Source: an uncultured Dehalococcoidales bacterium | Lineage (GTDB): Bacteria > Chloroflexota > Dehalococcoidia > GIF9 > UBA5629 | Length of the DNA: 41,478 bases | Assembly (NCBI GenBank): GCA_964616785.1 | Contig: CAZTRR010000001.1 | Location: 2,989 to 44,466 of the forward strand | Direction: 5' to 3' | Shown: piece by piece, positions 17,962 to 27,227 of the stretch | How positions within the stretch are numbered: the stretch's first letter is position 1 | How the letters are laid out: each line of letters starts with the position of its first letter | Notes under the pieces: model-generated | What the model was told of the DNA's origin: nothing | Databases searched by the model: none | Seen by the model: the letters and a program-made list of their open reading frames with translations, nothing else | Position numbers and translations under genes: made by a program

Positions 17962-18608
17962 CGCTTTTTCAGCAGAATCGCCACTTTTCGCGTTTCGCCA
18001 TCGCCCATGCTCTGGGTAGCAACGTCAGGGTGGTCGGCTAAAGCCAGATGAATAATGCGACGCTCATCTGCTGGCATGGGTTCGAGCGTTATAAGACGTC
18101 GATTCCTCTTCACTTGTTCAGCTAACCGCAAGGCCAAATCCCGCAAGGATTCATAGCGACGCTTCTTGTAGCCAGCGACGTCGACATTCACCGGCACCCA
18201 CATCTTCAGACTCTCAGTCACTATGAGCCTGAGTATGTATTGTAGAGAAGCCAGAGTCGTACCACGGCGCCCGATGAGAATCCCCAAGTCATCGCCTTCG
18301 ATATCCAAACTCAGCGGCAGTTCATCAGTAGATGCTTGAGTCACAGAGACTTCGGCTGAGATCTCCATAGACTGGAGTAGCGCCTCCAGAACCTCTTTCG
18401 CCAGGCTAGCTGCGTCGCCCCTTTGTTCAAGCTCAGACAGAAGCGTCACTCTGATCCTGGCGTCTTCAGCCCCCATCATCCCCAGTAGCCCAGCCCTGCC
18501 CTTTGTGAGAACAACTACCTCCACCTGGTCCTCGGTTACGCCCAATTGCTCCAGCGCGGTGTGGATGGCTTCATCAACTGTTCTGGCGCTTACTTCGAGC
18601 TCCTTCAT
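17958..18608 (-). CDS. jag: Jag/EloR (KhpB) RNA-binding protein
   Basis: Jag_N domain, KH motif LIGRRG, R3H motif ERRIIH; lies downstream of yidC. Confidence 0.93.
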   Translation of the reverse strand: MKELEVSARTVDEAIHTALEQLGVTEDQVEVVVLTKGRAGLLGMMGAEDARIRVTLLSELEQRGDAASLAKEVLEALLQSMEISAEVSVTQASTDELPLSLDIEGDDLGILIGRRGTTLASLQYILRLIVTESLKMWVPVNVDVAGYKKRRYESLRDLALRLAEQVKRNRRLITLEPMPADERRIIHLALADHPDVATQSMGDGETRKVAILLKKR

Positions 18609-19429
18609 TTCCTGAACGGACCTTTCTTATCCCGGGAGGCCTTCCGTATCGTTGGAGATTCCTGCTGCGCTGGTCCAGTTTTCTGGGCCGGCACTGGCTT
18701 CGGAGCAGCGGCAAACCTCAGATACCCCCAGCCTCCAGTGACAAAATACTGAATTACAATGCCAATGATGTTTGAAATCACCCAATAGAGAGCCAGACCA
18801 CTAGGAAAAGACAGAGTAAACATGCCGAACATCAACGGCATCATTAATGTAGTCATGCTGGTCATAGACTGCTGTCTGGAGTCAGTAGCCGGTGGCGTCA
18901 CCATTTTCTGCTGAACCCACATTGTGCCCCCCACCAAGATAGCCAAGATGAGATTGGGATCGGGCTTTGATAACCGGAGCCACAGGAAATGCTCATTTAG
19001 GGGCACCGCCTGGCTGACTGCTGCCCATGAATAAAGGTGCTCAGACAAGTTCAATAGGTTCTCTGGAGTCGCTGCCAGCGCCTGCATGATAGACTGATAA
19101 AGGGCGATCCAAATGGGTAATTGAATAAGCATGGGCCAAAGGCAGCCTAGCGGGTTTATCCCCACCTCCTTGTACAGCTTCATCGTCTCCTGCTGCAGTC
19201 TCTGCTTGTTCTTGGCATATTTCTTTTGAAGTTCCTGAATCTTTGGCTGCAGCGCTTGCATGGCTTTGGTAGACCGCGTCTGCCGCACCGTAAGCGGATA
19301 AAGCGCCAGGCGAACGACAACAGTCAGCACGATGATGGCGACACCAAAGTTACCAGCCACCACGCTGGTCAAAGCGATCAAGCTATTGAGCACCGGCTCA
19401 AGAATAAACGTGTTCCACAGCTCAGCCAT
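18605..19429 (-). CDS. yidC: Membrane protein insertase YidC, short form
   Basis: NFGVAII, QPKIQELQKKY, NPLGCLWPMLIQLPI, PSGLALYW. Confidence 0.94.
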   Translation of the reverse strand: MAELWNTFILEPVLNSLIALTSVVAGNFGVAIIVLTVVVRLALYPLTVRQTRSTKAMQALQPKIQELQKKYAKNKQRLQQETMKLYKEVGINPLGCLWPMLIQLPIWIALYQSIMQALAATPENLLNLSEHLYSWAAVSQAVPLNEHFLWLRLSKPDPNLILAILVGGTMWVQQKMVTPPATDSRQQSMTSMTTLMMPLMFGMFTLSFPSGLALYWVISNIIGIVIQYFVTGGWGYLRFAAAPKPVPAQKTGPAQQESPTIRKASRDKKGPFRK

Positions 19430-19437
19430 AATCGGTT

Positions 19438-20673
19438 CTAGTCGCTATCTAGAAGATATTCCCAGGCCTTTCGTCCATTTTGCGCATCTATACCACAGAC
19501 CTCGTCATTTCTAGTGTGAACGTAAACCATGCCGGCCTCCGCGTAGAGAGGAGCCATTACAGAATAGCCAATAGACGTGTTCCACTGACTCACCCCGTTT
19601 GCAGCCTGAACCGCATACATCTCTCCCGATTCCGAAATGGCTACGAGGAGGTCATTCACAAGAACCGGTGTTGACACAATCGGGCTATCGGCAATAAACT
19701 GCCACAACTTCCTCCCCGACCGGGCATCAAGCGCATATATCGTGTGGTCAAGGCAACCGGCGTAGACAACGTTGCCCGTAACCACCGGCGCTGCCCAGAA
19801 CCAGTTACCTCCCTCGAACTTCCATTTCTCCCTTCCACTGTTGCCGCCAATGGCCCATAGGTAATGGTCGAAAGTCCCCAAGAAGACAGTATTTCCAGAC
19901 ACCACAGGAGATGAAGCAATGGCCGCTGGCAATTCAACCTCCCAGAGCAGGCTACCGTCGTCACTCGACAGGGAGTGCAATTTCCCCTCGTAGTTACCAA
20001 TGTAGACAGCGCCATCTTTGACTGCTGGGGATGTCCATATCTTTCCGCCAGTCTCATACTCCCATCTTCTGGTCCCAGAGACCGCATCCAGTGCATGTAC
20101 CTTACCCTGCGAGTCGCCAACGTAGACAGTATCCCCGTGCACTATTGGGCTACCAACAATAGCTCCAATAGAACCTCTTTCACCTCGAGGATAAAACCAC
20201 TCTCCCTCGGTCCACGACGGGATACCTTCTTCATCGTACTGGGGTTTTGGCCTGTTTATGGCAAACACCTTGCCCCCGTCACCGACGTATGTGCCTACAT
20301 AAACAAGAGTCTCAGTGACCGCTGGTGTCCCGTAGATAGCTGCGGGCCGTGCTGCCGGCATGCAGCCAAAGCCGCACGGCGCCCCTTGAGGAGCCTGCGT
20401 CCTTATGGAGAACACCCATTCGCGCTCGCTAGGGAAATACAGTCCCTCACTCCGCGCCACCGGATCCACGGCAAGCACTTTGCCATCCATTGACCCGAAG
20501 TAAAGAACACCGTCGTAGCTGGCAAATCCTGACCACCCCTGCGCCCCCGGCCCACCACAACCACCACCCGCTGATGGTGCAACACAGCTAAAGGCAACCG
20601 CGCTAATGACAGCGAGGGGGAGGAGCAGAATCAATGTCCTGGTAGCCTTAATTGAACCGAAACTGAGTCTCAC
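19438..20673 (-). CDS. PQQ-like/BamB-like beta-propeller protein, probable lipoprotein
   Basis: Repeats of the type SP.V..G.VY.G..DG..ALDA..G...W; signal peptide ending AVAFSC. Confidence 0.85.
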   Translation of the reverse strand: MRLSFGSIKATRTLILLLPLAVISAVAFSCVAPSAGGGCGGPGAQGWSGFASYDGVLYFGSMDGKVLAVDPVARSEGLYFPSEREWVFSIRTQAPQGAPCGFGCMPAARPAAIYGTPAVTETLVYVGTYVGDGGKVFAINRPKPQYDEEGIPSWTEGEWFYPRGERGSIGAIVGSPIVHGDTVYVGDSQGKVHALDAVSGTRRWEYETGGKIWTSPAVKDGAVYIGNYEGKLHSLSSDDGSLLWEVELPAAIASSPVVSGNTVFLGTFDHYLWAIGGNSGREKWKFEGGNWFWAAPVVTGNVVYAGCLDHTIYALDARSGRKLWQFIADSPIVSTPVLVNDLLVAISESGEMYAVQAANGVSQWNTSIGYSVMAPLYAEAGMVYVHTRNDEVCGIDAQNGRKAWEYLLDSD

Positions 20674-20709
20674 GATTATTCACTCCTGGCGGCCCACAAG
20701 CCAACGGCT

Positions 20710-20919
20710 TCACGGTACCGGGTCATAGCCACCATCAGACCAGGGATGGCAACGAGCTAGGCGCTTCATCGTTAACCATCCCCCTTTCATCAGTCCATAC
20801 CTCTCAATTACCCCACAGGCATAATGAGAACAAGTGGGGGTAAAGCGGCAAGCGGGCGGGCTAACTCGTGATATGGTGGACTGATACAGCTTAATTAACT
20901 CGAGTGCCAACGCTTTCAT
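20710..20919 (-). CDS. yidD: Membrane protein insertion efficiency factor YidD
   Basis: CRFTPTCS...RCHPW..GGYDPVP. Confidence 0.95.
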   Translation of the reverse strand: MKALALELIKLYQSTISRVSPPACRFTPTCSHYACGVIERYGLMKGGWLTMKRLARCHPWSDGGYDPVP

Positions 20920-21253
20920 CTTTGTCTCTTAGCAAATGAGCCTGCGCCAGCAACTTATCTACCGACTGGTTGAGCTCATGATAGCTGGCGGTCGCGGAGC
21001 CTGCCCGGGCGATAAATACTATATCCCACCCCACCTTCAGCGGTGTTAAGCGTACTATCTCCTTCAACAAGCGTCGCACCCGATTGCGTACCACCGCGCT
21101 GCCTACCCTCTTGGTGACCGAGAATCCACATCTGTGCAATCCAATCCCGTTGGGCAATGCCCTTACCTGTATGATTTGATCCCCCCAGGCTTTCCCCGAT
21201 TCATAAACCACCATATACTGGGCTTTCTTCGTCAAAGCCCATTTTCTCGTCAT
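20891..21253 (-). CDS. rnpA: RNase P protein component
   Basis: GFSVTKRVGSAVVRNRVRR (RNR motif). Confidence 0.95.
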   Translation of the reverse strand: MTRKWALTKKAQYMVVYESGKAWGDQIIQVRALPNGIGLHRCGFSVTKRVGSAVVRNRVRRLLKEIVRLTPLKVGWDIVFIARAGSATASYHELNQSVDKLLAQAHLLRDKDESVGTRVN

Positions 21254-21257
21254 ACTC

Positions 21258-21398
21258 CTAGACCGGCGTCAATCGTGAACGGCCCTTAAGCCGTCTTGCC
21301 TTTATGACCCCTCGTCCACCACGGCTTGCCATCCTGGCCCGAAAGCCATGCTTACGCTTCCTTGAAATTGTCTTAGGCTGGTATGTTCGCTTAGGCAC
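21258..21398 (-). CDS. rpmH: 50S ribosomal protein L34 (not in ORF track)
   Basis: Hand translation from GTG: [46 protein letters not shown]. Confidence 0.96.
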   Translation of the reverse strand: MPKRTYQPKTISRKRKHGFRARMASRGGRGVIKARRLKGRSRLTPV

Positions 21399-21417
21399 GT
21401 CGGTTCTTCTTCATGCG

Positions 21418-21711
21418 CTAGGTCTTCGTCTCAACCCTCGTTGTATAGCGAATATGGTCTGGGCTATACGGCACTAAAGCCAGATAGCGAGCTCTCTTTA
21501 TCGCAACGGCCAAGCGGCGCTGGTGCTTGGCACAAACACCTGTCCTGCGGCGTGGTTCAATCTTGCCACGCTCAGAAATATGACGCTGCAATCTGGAAAC
21601 GTCTTTGTAGTCTATCACGAGTTTGTCAGCACAAAAAGGGCACACCTTGGGCCTGAAAACAAACCGACGTGTCCTTTCCCTTCCAGTTCTTGTTCCCCGA
21701 CGTTGCGCCAT
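21418..21711 (-). CDS. rpsR: 30S ribosomal protein S18, zinc-binding form
   Basis: CPFC...IDYKD...[19 protein letters not shown]...IKRAR. Confidence 0.96.
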   Translation of the reverse strand: MAQRRGTRTGRERTRRFVFRPKVCPFCADKLVIDYKDVSRLQRHISERGKIEPRRRTGVCAKHQRRLAVAIKRARYLALVPYSPDHIRYTTRVETKT

Positions 21712-21746
21712 TGTCTGTTTCTCGTCTCCTTATTGTGAATAGACTG

Positions 21747-22169
21747 CTAAAAGGGTAGGTCTTCAGGCTCTACCTCTTCCTCAGTAGGCTCTGCAGTAGG
21801 CTCTGCTGGAATCTCTTCGCTGGGGAGAGCAGCCATAGCTTGTCTGTCAAGGAACAATACCCGATTAGCTATGACTTCAACTGAGGTGCGTTTCTGCCCG
21901 TCTCGCCCTTCCCAGTTGCGAGTGCGCAGATTCCCCTCAACGTAGACCCGCTGCCCTTTGGTCAAGAACTGATTGCAGCTCTCAGCCAGTTTCCTCCAGG
22001 CAACTACGGTGAACCATTCGGTCTCCTGTCTGCGCTCCCCCTCCGATGTCGTGTAAGTCCGACTAGTCGCAACACGAAAGGAAGTTACCGGATTGCCACT
22101 CGGTGTAAAGCGCATCTCGGGGTCGGTGCCGACATTTCCAATGAGCATGACTTTGTTCAAATATGCCAT
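21747..22169 (-). CDS. ssb: Single-stranded DNA-binding protein
   Basis: LNKVMLIGNVGTDPE, ETEWF, C-terminal DLPF. Confidence 0.96.
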   Translation of the reverse strand: MAYLNKVMLIGNVGTDPEMRFTPSGNPVTSFRVATSRTYTTSEGERRQETEWFTVVAWRKLAESCNQFLTKGQRVYVEGNLRTRNWEGRDGQKRTSVEVIANRVLFLDRQAMAALPSEEIPAEPTAEPTEEEVEPEDLPF

Positions 22170-22187
22170 GACAACGCTCCTTCCATC

Positions 22188-22475
22188 TTACTCACCTGCC
22201 CTTATGAGCAGATGCCGCAGGACTTCTCCGGTAAGCCGCAGATTTGCCTCTAGGTCCTTAGCTGTAGCCGGATCCAGTTCAAGGTGAGCCAACATATAAT
22301 TCCCTTCAGTACATCGCTTTATGGGATAAGCTAGCTTTCTTCTTCCCCACTGACTTATCTCGATTACATTCCCACCAGTCTTGTTGATGAGCCCGCTCAC
22401 CTTGCTCACGGTGTCGGGCATTTCCTCTTCAGTTATCTCGGGGCTGATAATCACAACTAGCTCGTAGGCGTCCAT
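22188..22475 (-). CDS. rpsF: 30S ribosomal protein S6
   Basis: YELVVII.P, WGRRKLAYPI, VLRHL. GAAGGTGA SD and the promoter position support ATG 22475. Confidence 0.95.
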   Translation of the reverse strand: MDAYELVVIISPEITEEEMPDTVSKVSGLINKTGGNVIEISQWGRRKLAYPIKRCTEGNYMLAHLELDPATAKDLEANLRLTGEVLRHLLIRAGE

Positions 22476-22506
22476 TGCATCACCTTCATGGCCAAGAAGC
22501 TGGGTC

Positions 22507-22578
22507 ATTATAACACATCAAAGAAAACGGCAACAAACAATGTGGTTTCTTGCATTTTAGTCGCCTGTGGCTTATATT
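22507..22578. promoter_or_regulatory. Divergent promoters for the rpsF operon (-) and ychF (+)
   Basis: Minus strand: extended -10 TGTTATAAT at 22507-22515. Plus strand: TTGCAT (22550-22555), 17 nt, TATATT (22573-22578). Confidence 0.65.
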
Positions 22579-22602
22579 TCTAGCTAGACAGAGGAGACAG
22601 CC

Positions 22603-23703
22603 TTGGAAGTCGGTATCATCGGGCTGCCCAAGAGCGGCAAGACAACCGTTTTCAATGCTTTGACCAGAGGCAAAGCTGAGACTGCAGCGTATGCTCAGGC
22701 TACCCTGACTCCTAACGTGGGAGTGTCTAAGGTGCCAGAGCCTAGACTACACAGTCTGGATAAGATATTCCAGCCAAAGAAGATAGTACCGGCCGAGGTG
22801 AAGTACGTTGATATCGCCGGTGCGGCTAGGTTCCCCGGCAAAGGCGCAGGAATAGGCGGTCAATTTCTGAACCTCCTCAGTAATGCCGACGCCCTGCTCC
22901 AGGTAGTGCGAATCTTTGAGGACGAGAAAGTGCCTCATGTTGAGGGTAGTATTGACCCGAAGCGCGATATGGCCAACATGGATTTGGAGCTGGTCTTCTC
23001 TGACCTGGCCATGATCGAAAGGAGACTTGCGCGCATTGAGGAGTCCCTAAAAGGTGCCAGGCTATCAGAACGTGACCTATTGCTGAAGGAGCAGGTCCTG
23101 CTTCGAAAGATCAGGTGCGGATTGGATGAAGACATACCGATCTGGCAACAAGGTTTGGCTGCCGATGAAGCTAGAAATCTGACTGACTATCAATTCCTCA
23201 CTGCAAAGCCCATGCTGGTGCTCATTAACATCGGAGAGAACCAGCTGGCCCGGGCCTCCTCCACTGAGGCTGAGCTACGCTCAGCCTATTCCTACCCTCA
23301 ATTCGAAGTTGCAGCTTTGTGTGGCAAATTGGAAATGGAGTTGGCCCAACTCACTGATGACGAAGCTCAGGAGTTTCGCGGCACTCTTGGGCTGACTGAG
23401 CCAGCTCTTGACCGCATCATCAGGCTTTCCTATCAGCTCCTCGGGCTGATCTCGTTCTTCACCACGGTGTCGGGTGAATTGAAGGCTTGGACAATTCCCC
23501 AAGGAACCACTGCCCTGAGGGCTGCCGGGAAAATCCACTCTGACATTGAAAAAGGCTTTATTAGGGCAGAAGTAGTAAGCTTCGATGACCTAGATACCTG
23601 TGGTAGCCTTTCTGAAGCCCGAAAACGCGGTCTCCTTAGACTTGAAGGGAAGAATTACATCGTCCGAGATGGGGACATTATAACGTTCTTATTTAATGTC
23701 TAG
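22603..23703 (+). CDS. ychF: Obg-like ATPase YchF
   Basis: GLPKSGKTT, DIAG, AGKIHSDIEKGFIRAEV, EGKNYIVRDGD; TTG start with GAGGAG SD. Confidence 0.95.
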   Translation: MEVGIIGLPKSGKTTVFNALTRGKAETAAYAQATLTPNVGVSKVPEPRLHSLDKIFQPKKIVPAEVKYVDIAGAARFPGKGAGIGGQFLNLLSNADALLQVVRIFEDEKVPHVEGSIDPKRDMANMDLELVFSDLAMIERRLARIEESLKGARLSERDLLLKEQVLLRKIRCGLDEDIPIWQQGLAADEARNLTDYQFLTAKPMLVLINIGENQLARASSTEAELRSAYSYPQFEVAALCGKLEMELAQLTDDEAQEFRGTLGLTEPALDRIIRLSYQLLGLISFFTTVSGELKAWTIPQGTTALRAAGKIHSDIEKGFIRAEVVSFDDLDTCGSLSEARKRGLLRLEGKNYIVRDGDIITFLFNV

Positions 23704-23764
23704 AATCAAATCGCCCCATCCCAGGTGCTACAGTCCTACAAGAGCCGTTGAACCCGCGGACTTC

Positions 23765-23793
23765 TTCAATATCCTTTTTGGAGATGGTATAAT
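23765..23793 (+). promoter_or_regulatory. Promoter for ppsA
   Basis: TTCAAT, 17 nt, TATAAT, with an extended TG. Confidence 0.6.
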
Positions 23794-23832
23794 GTTTTCA
23801 CGAGGCAATGGCCCCGGTACTGAGGAGAGATA

Positions 23833-26097
23833 ATGAAACGAGGCAGAACAATCATCGCCTGGTTCGCTGAAGCGACCAAGAATGACATTCCTTTCGTAGG
23901 TGGGAAAGGCGCGAACCTCGCTGAGATGTTCAATGCCCGAATCCCGGTGCCGCCGGGTTTTATAATCACCGCAGACGCCTATTTCCACTTCCTGGAAGCC
24001 GCCAGGATTGTGCATGAAATCCGACCGTACCTTGAGACGTTGAATGTCAATGATAGCAAGAAGCTTCAAGAGGTAGCCGGTCTGATCAAAGGCAAGATTG
24101 CTAGCTCACCTATGCCTGATGATGTGGTTAGCCAGATTAAGTCAGCCTATCGTGAGCTGGGTGGAGGGCTGGTGGCAGTGCGCTCCTCAGCCACGGCGGA
24201 AGACTTGCCCGAGGCATCTTTCGCGGGCCAACAACGCACTTTTCTCAACGTACAAGGTGAAGACGAGGTAGTGACAGCAGTACAAGGCTGCTGGGCCTCT
24301 CTGTTTGAACCGCGCGCCATATTCTACCGACATGAGCATGGTTTTGACCATTTCAAGGTGGGCATTGCGGTAGCAGTGCAGGTAATGGTGCAGTCAGAGA
24401 TCTCTGGAGTCCTGTTCACCGTGGAACCCCTGAGCAATGATCAAACTAAGATTCTCATCGAAGCGATCTATGGGCTGGGTGAAGCCATCGTCTCCGGTGA
24501 AGTCACCCCTGACCAGTATCTCCTCGACAAGGAAAACCTTAAGATTCTTGAAAAAGCAGTCAGGAAGCAAGAATGGCAGTTGGTGAGAGATGCCAAGGCA
24601 CCGGCAGGCGAACTCGACGGGAACGTCAGGCGTGCCATTCCGACGTCAAAGCAATCCGCTCAGAAGTTGACTGACGAGGATATCGTTGCTTTAGCCAGCC
24701 TAGGTAAGACGATTGAGGACCTGTACCAATCTCCCCAAGACATCGAATGGGCGAAGCAGGATACGCAGCTCTTCATCGTACAATCTCGGCCCGTGACTGC
24801 TCTGAGTGAAAAGGCAAGGGTCGAGGCTCTGCCTGAGATCGGAGTTGAGGCCATCTTGAGTGGTGTGGCAGCAAGCCCCGGGATAGCCGTCGGCACGGTG
24901 AGGATTGTGCCTTCGGCATCTCAGATAGACACGGTCAACAAAGGGGATGTCCTAGTAGCTCCAATGACAACGCCGGATTTTGTGCCAGCAATGAAGCGGG
25001 CCGTCGCCATAGTCACCGAGCGTGGTGGCCGCACTGCCCACGCGGCTATTGTCAGCCGGGAACTCGGTATTCCTTGTATCGTCGGCACAGAAACCGCAAC
25101 TAGAGTCCTCAGCGACGGACAGGTAATCACTGTCGATGGTTACCGGGGACAAGTCTATGCCGGCAGAGTAGTACAGCAGACAAGAAGTGCTCCTGCTGCT
25201 ATTACTCGTCAACGAATTCGGACTCGGACCAAAGTCTATGTCAATCTCGCTGACCCGGAGTCGGCTGAGAGCGTAGCCGCGAGGAACGTGGATGGTGTTG
25301 GCTTGCTAAGGGCCGAGTTCATAATCTCCAACATCATCAAGAGCCATCCGAGGTTTATGCTGCACGAGGGAAAAGCGGCACATTTCGTGGCAGAGTTGGC
25401 TCGAGGAATTACCACTTTTGCCAAGGCTTTTCAGCCTCGCCCGGTAGTCTATCGAACTACCGATTTCAAAACCAATGAGTACAGGAGCTTGCCCGGCGGG
25501 GATAGGTACGAGGAGTTTGAGGAGAATCCCATGCTCGGTTACCGCGGCTGCTCCCGATACACTCAGGAACAAGAAGTTCTCAGAATGGAGATAGATGCTG
25601 TCAAGAAAGTGTGCCAGTACTACGACAATGTATATGTCATGATTCCTTTCGTCCGCTTCGTGCATGAAATGGACAAAATAAAGAAGTTCTTTGTATCTGA
25701 GGGATTGTATCAATTCCCTAATTTCAGACTGTGGATGATGGTAGAAGTGCCATCAAATGTCTTCCTCATAGACAAGTTCATAGATGTTGGTATCGATGGC
25801 GTTTCCATCGGCTCCAACGATTTGACTCAGTTTATCCTGGGGATAGACAGAGACAATGCCAAGCTTGCAGAGCAATTCGACGAGAGAAACGAGGCGGTAC
25901 TTCAGGCTATAGAGAGAGTCATTGGGGCTTCGGTGAGCAAAGGCATTACCTGTTCCATTTGTGGACAGGCACCTTCAGTCTACCCAGAACTCACGGCCAG
26001 CTTGGTCAAGTGGGGAATTACTTCGGTCTCCGTAAGTCCCGACATGATTGATGAGACAAGACGTATAATCGCTGCCGCTGAGGCGAAATCTAGTTAA
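23833..26097 (+). CDS. ppsA: Phosphoenolpyruvate synthase
   Basis: VGGKGANL, VRSSATAEDLPEASFAGQ, GGRTAHAAIVSRE (phospho-His), EENPMLGYRG, SIGSNDLTQ, SICGQAPS. Confidence 0.96.
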   Translation: MKRGRTIIAWFAEATKNDIPFVGGKGANLAEMFNARIPVPPGFIITADAYFHFLEAARIVHEIRPYLETLNVNDSKKLQEVAGLIKGKIASSPMPDDVVSQIKSAYRELGGGLVAVRSSATAEDLPEASFAGQQRTFLNVQGEDEVVTAVQGCWASLFEPRAIFYRHEHGFDHFKVGIAVAVQVMVQSEISGVLFTVEPLSNDQTKILIEAIYGLGEAIVSGEVTPDQYLLDKENLKILEKAVRKQEWQLVRDAKAPAGELDGNVRRAIPTSKQSAQKLTDEDIVALASLGKTIEDLYQSPQDIEWAKQDTQLFIVQSRPVTALSEKARVEALPEIGVEAILSGVAASPGIAVGTVRIVPSASQIDTVNKGDVLVAPMTTPDFVPAMKRAVAIVTERGGRTAHAAIVSRELGIPCIVGTETATRVLSDGQVITVDGYRGQVYAGRVVQQTRSAPAAITRQRIRTRTKVYVNLADPESAESVAARNVDGVGLLRAEFIISNIIKSHPRFMLHEGKAAHFVAELARGITTFAKAFQPRPVVYRTTDFKTNEYRSLPGGDRYEEFEENPMLGYRGCSRYTQEQEVLRMEIDAVKKVCQYYDNVYVMIPFVRFVHEMDKIKKFFVSEGLYQFPNFRLWMMVEVPSNVFLIDKFIDVGIDGVSIGSNDLTQFILGIDRDNAKLAEQFDERNEAVLQAIERVIGASVSKGITCSICGQAPSVYPELTASLVKWGITSVSVSPDMIDETRRIIAAAEAKSS

Positions 26098-26107
26098 TCG
26101 CAAGGTT

Positions 26108-27175
26108 GTGGTGGAACGGGGAAACAAAGGCTTGGATGTGATGGTCTACCTTGAAAGTCGGCGGCGGACAGAGGAAACTGAAGAGAGCCTTTCCCCTTAT
26201 GCGTCAAGAAACAGGTCTAGCCGTGGCAGACTTAGATGGGAGGAGCCTTGCCCAATACGCACGGCTTTTCAGCGTGACCGCGACCGTATTATTCACTGCA
26301 ATGCCTTTCGCCGTCTCAAGCATAAGACCCAGGTTTTTATCACCCCGTTAGGTGACCATTACGTAACGCGGCTTACGCATACCTTAGAAGTATCTCAGAT
26401 CGCCCGCACCATATCTAGAGCGCTGAATCTCAATGAGGACCTAACCGAGGCTGTCGCTTTGGGGCATGACTTGGGGCATACCCCCTTTGGTCACGTGGGG
26501 GAAGATGCTCTAGATGAACTCTCTCCGGATGGGTTCAGGCATAATGAACAGAGTTTGAGAGTCGTGGATCTGCTCGAAAGAGACGGACACGGTCTGAACC
26601 TTACCTGGGAGGTACGGGATGGTATCTTGAATCACTCCAAGGGCCAGATTGGCATTCTGGAGGAAGGTTGGGCAGAAGTTGGTACCGTCGAAGGCCAGGT
26701 GGTCAAGCTCTCCGATATTGTTGCTTACATTAACCATGATGTTGCGGATGCCATAAGAGCCGGCGTTATCACCGAAAGCGAGCTGCCTGATTCTGCAGTC
26801 AGAGTCCTTGGTCATTCTTCTTCTCAGCGAATCAACACCTTGGTCTGCGATATTGTTGGCTTTTCTCTGGCAGCCATGGACAATGTTAGCTTGCGAAAGC
26901 CATCCATCGGCATGAGCCCTGAAGTCCTTCAAGCAGCCAACAGGCTGCGTGAGTTTCTTTTCCGCAAGGTGTATAATGCCGCTTTGGCCAGCAAAGAGAC
27001 GGAAAAGGCAAGAGAAGTAATACGCACCATTTACTCATACTTCTTGAAGCACGGTGACAAGTTGCCCGAGGAATATGCCGTACGTGAAGATAGTGTGGAA
27101 CGCAAAGTCACTGATTATGTTGCTGGGATGACTGACCAGTACGCGTTACGAATGATTAAGGTGATTTCATCCTGA
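26108..27175 (+). CDS. dgt: Deoxyguanosinetriphosphate triphosphohydrolase (HD domain)
   Basis: FQRDRDRI, LKHKTQVF, TRLTH, GHDLGHTPFGH, DYVAGMTD. The start may instead be 26138 or 26141. Confidence 0.93.
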   Translation: MVERGNKGLDVMVYLESRRRTEETEESLSPYASRNRSSRGRLRWEEPCPIRTAFQRDRDRIIHCNAFRRLKHKTQVFITPLGDHYVTRLTHTLEVSQIARTISRALNLNEDLTEAVALGHDLGHTPFGHVGEDALDELSPDGFRHNEQSLRVVDLLERDGHGLNLTWEVRDGILNHSKGQIGILEEGWAEVGTVEGQVVKLSDIVAYINHDVADAIRAGVITESELPDSAVRVLGHSSSQRINTLVCDIVGFSLAAMDNVSLRKPSIGMSPEVLQAANRLREFLFRKVYNAALASKETEKAREVIRTIYSYFLKHGDKLPEEYAVREDSVERKVTDYVAGMTDQYALRMIKVISS

Positions 27176-27227
27176 AAGGCAATGGTTGTACAGGACCGTC
27201 GCTTTTACGCTCCTGGCGGGATCCAGA

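Noticed and set aside
21782-21805. 12-bp tandem duplication in ssb (AEPT twice)
   Set aside because: Ordinary length variation in the disordered SSB linker.
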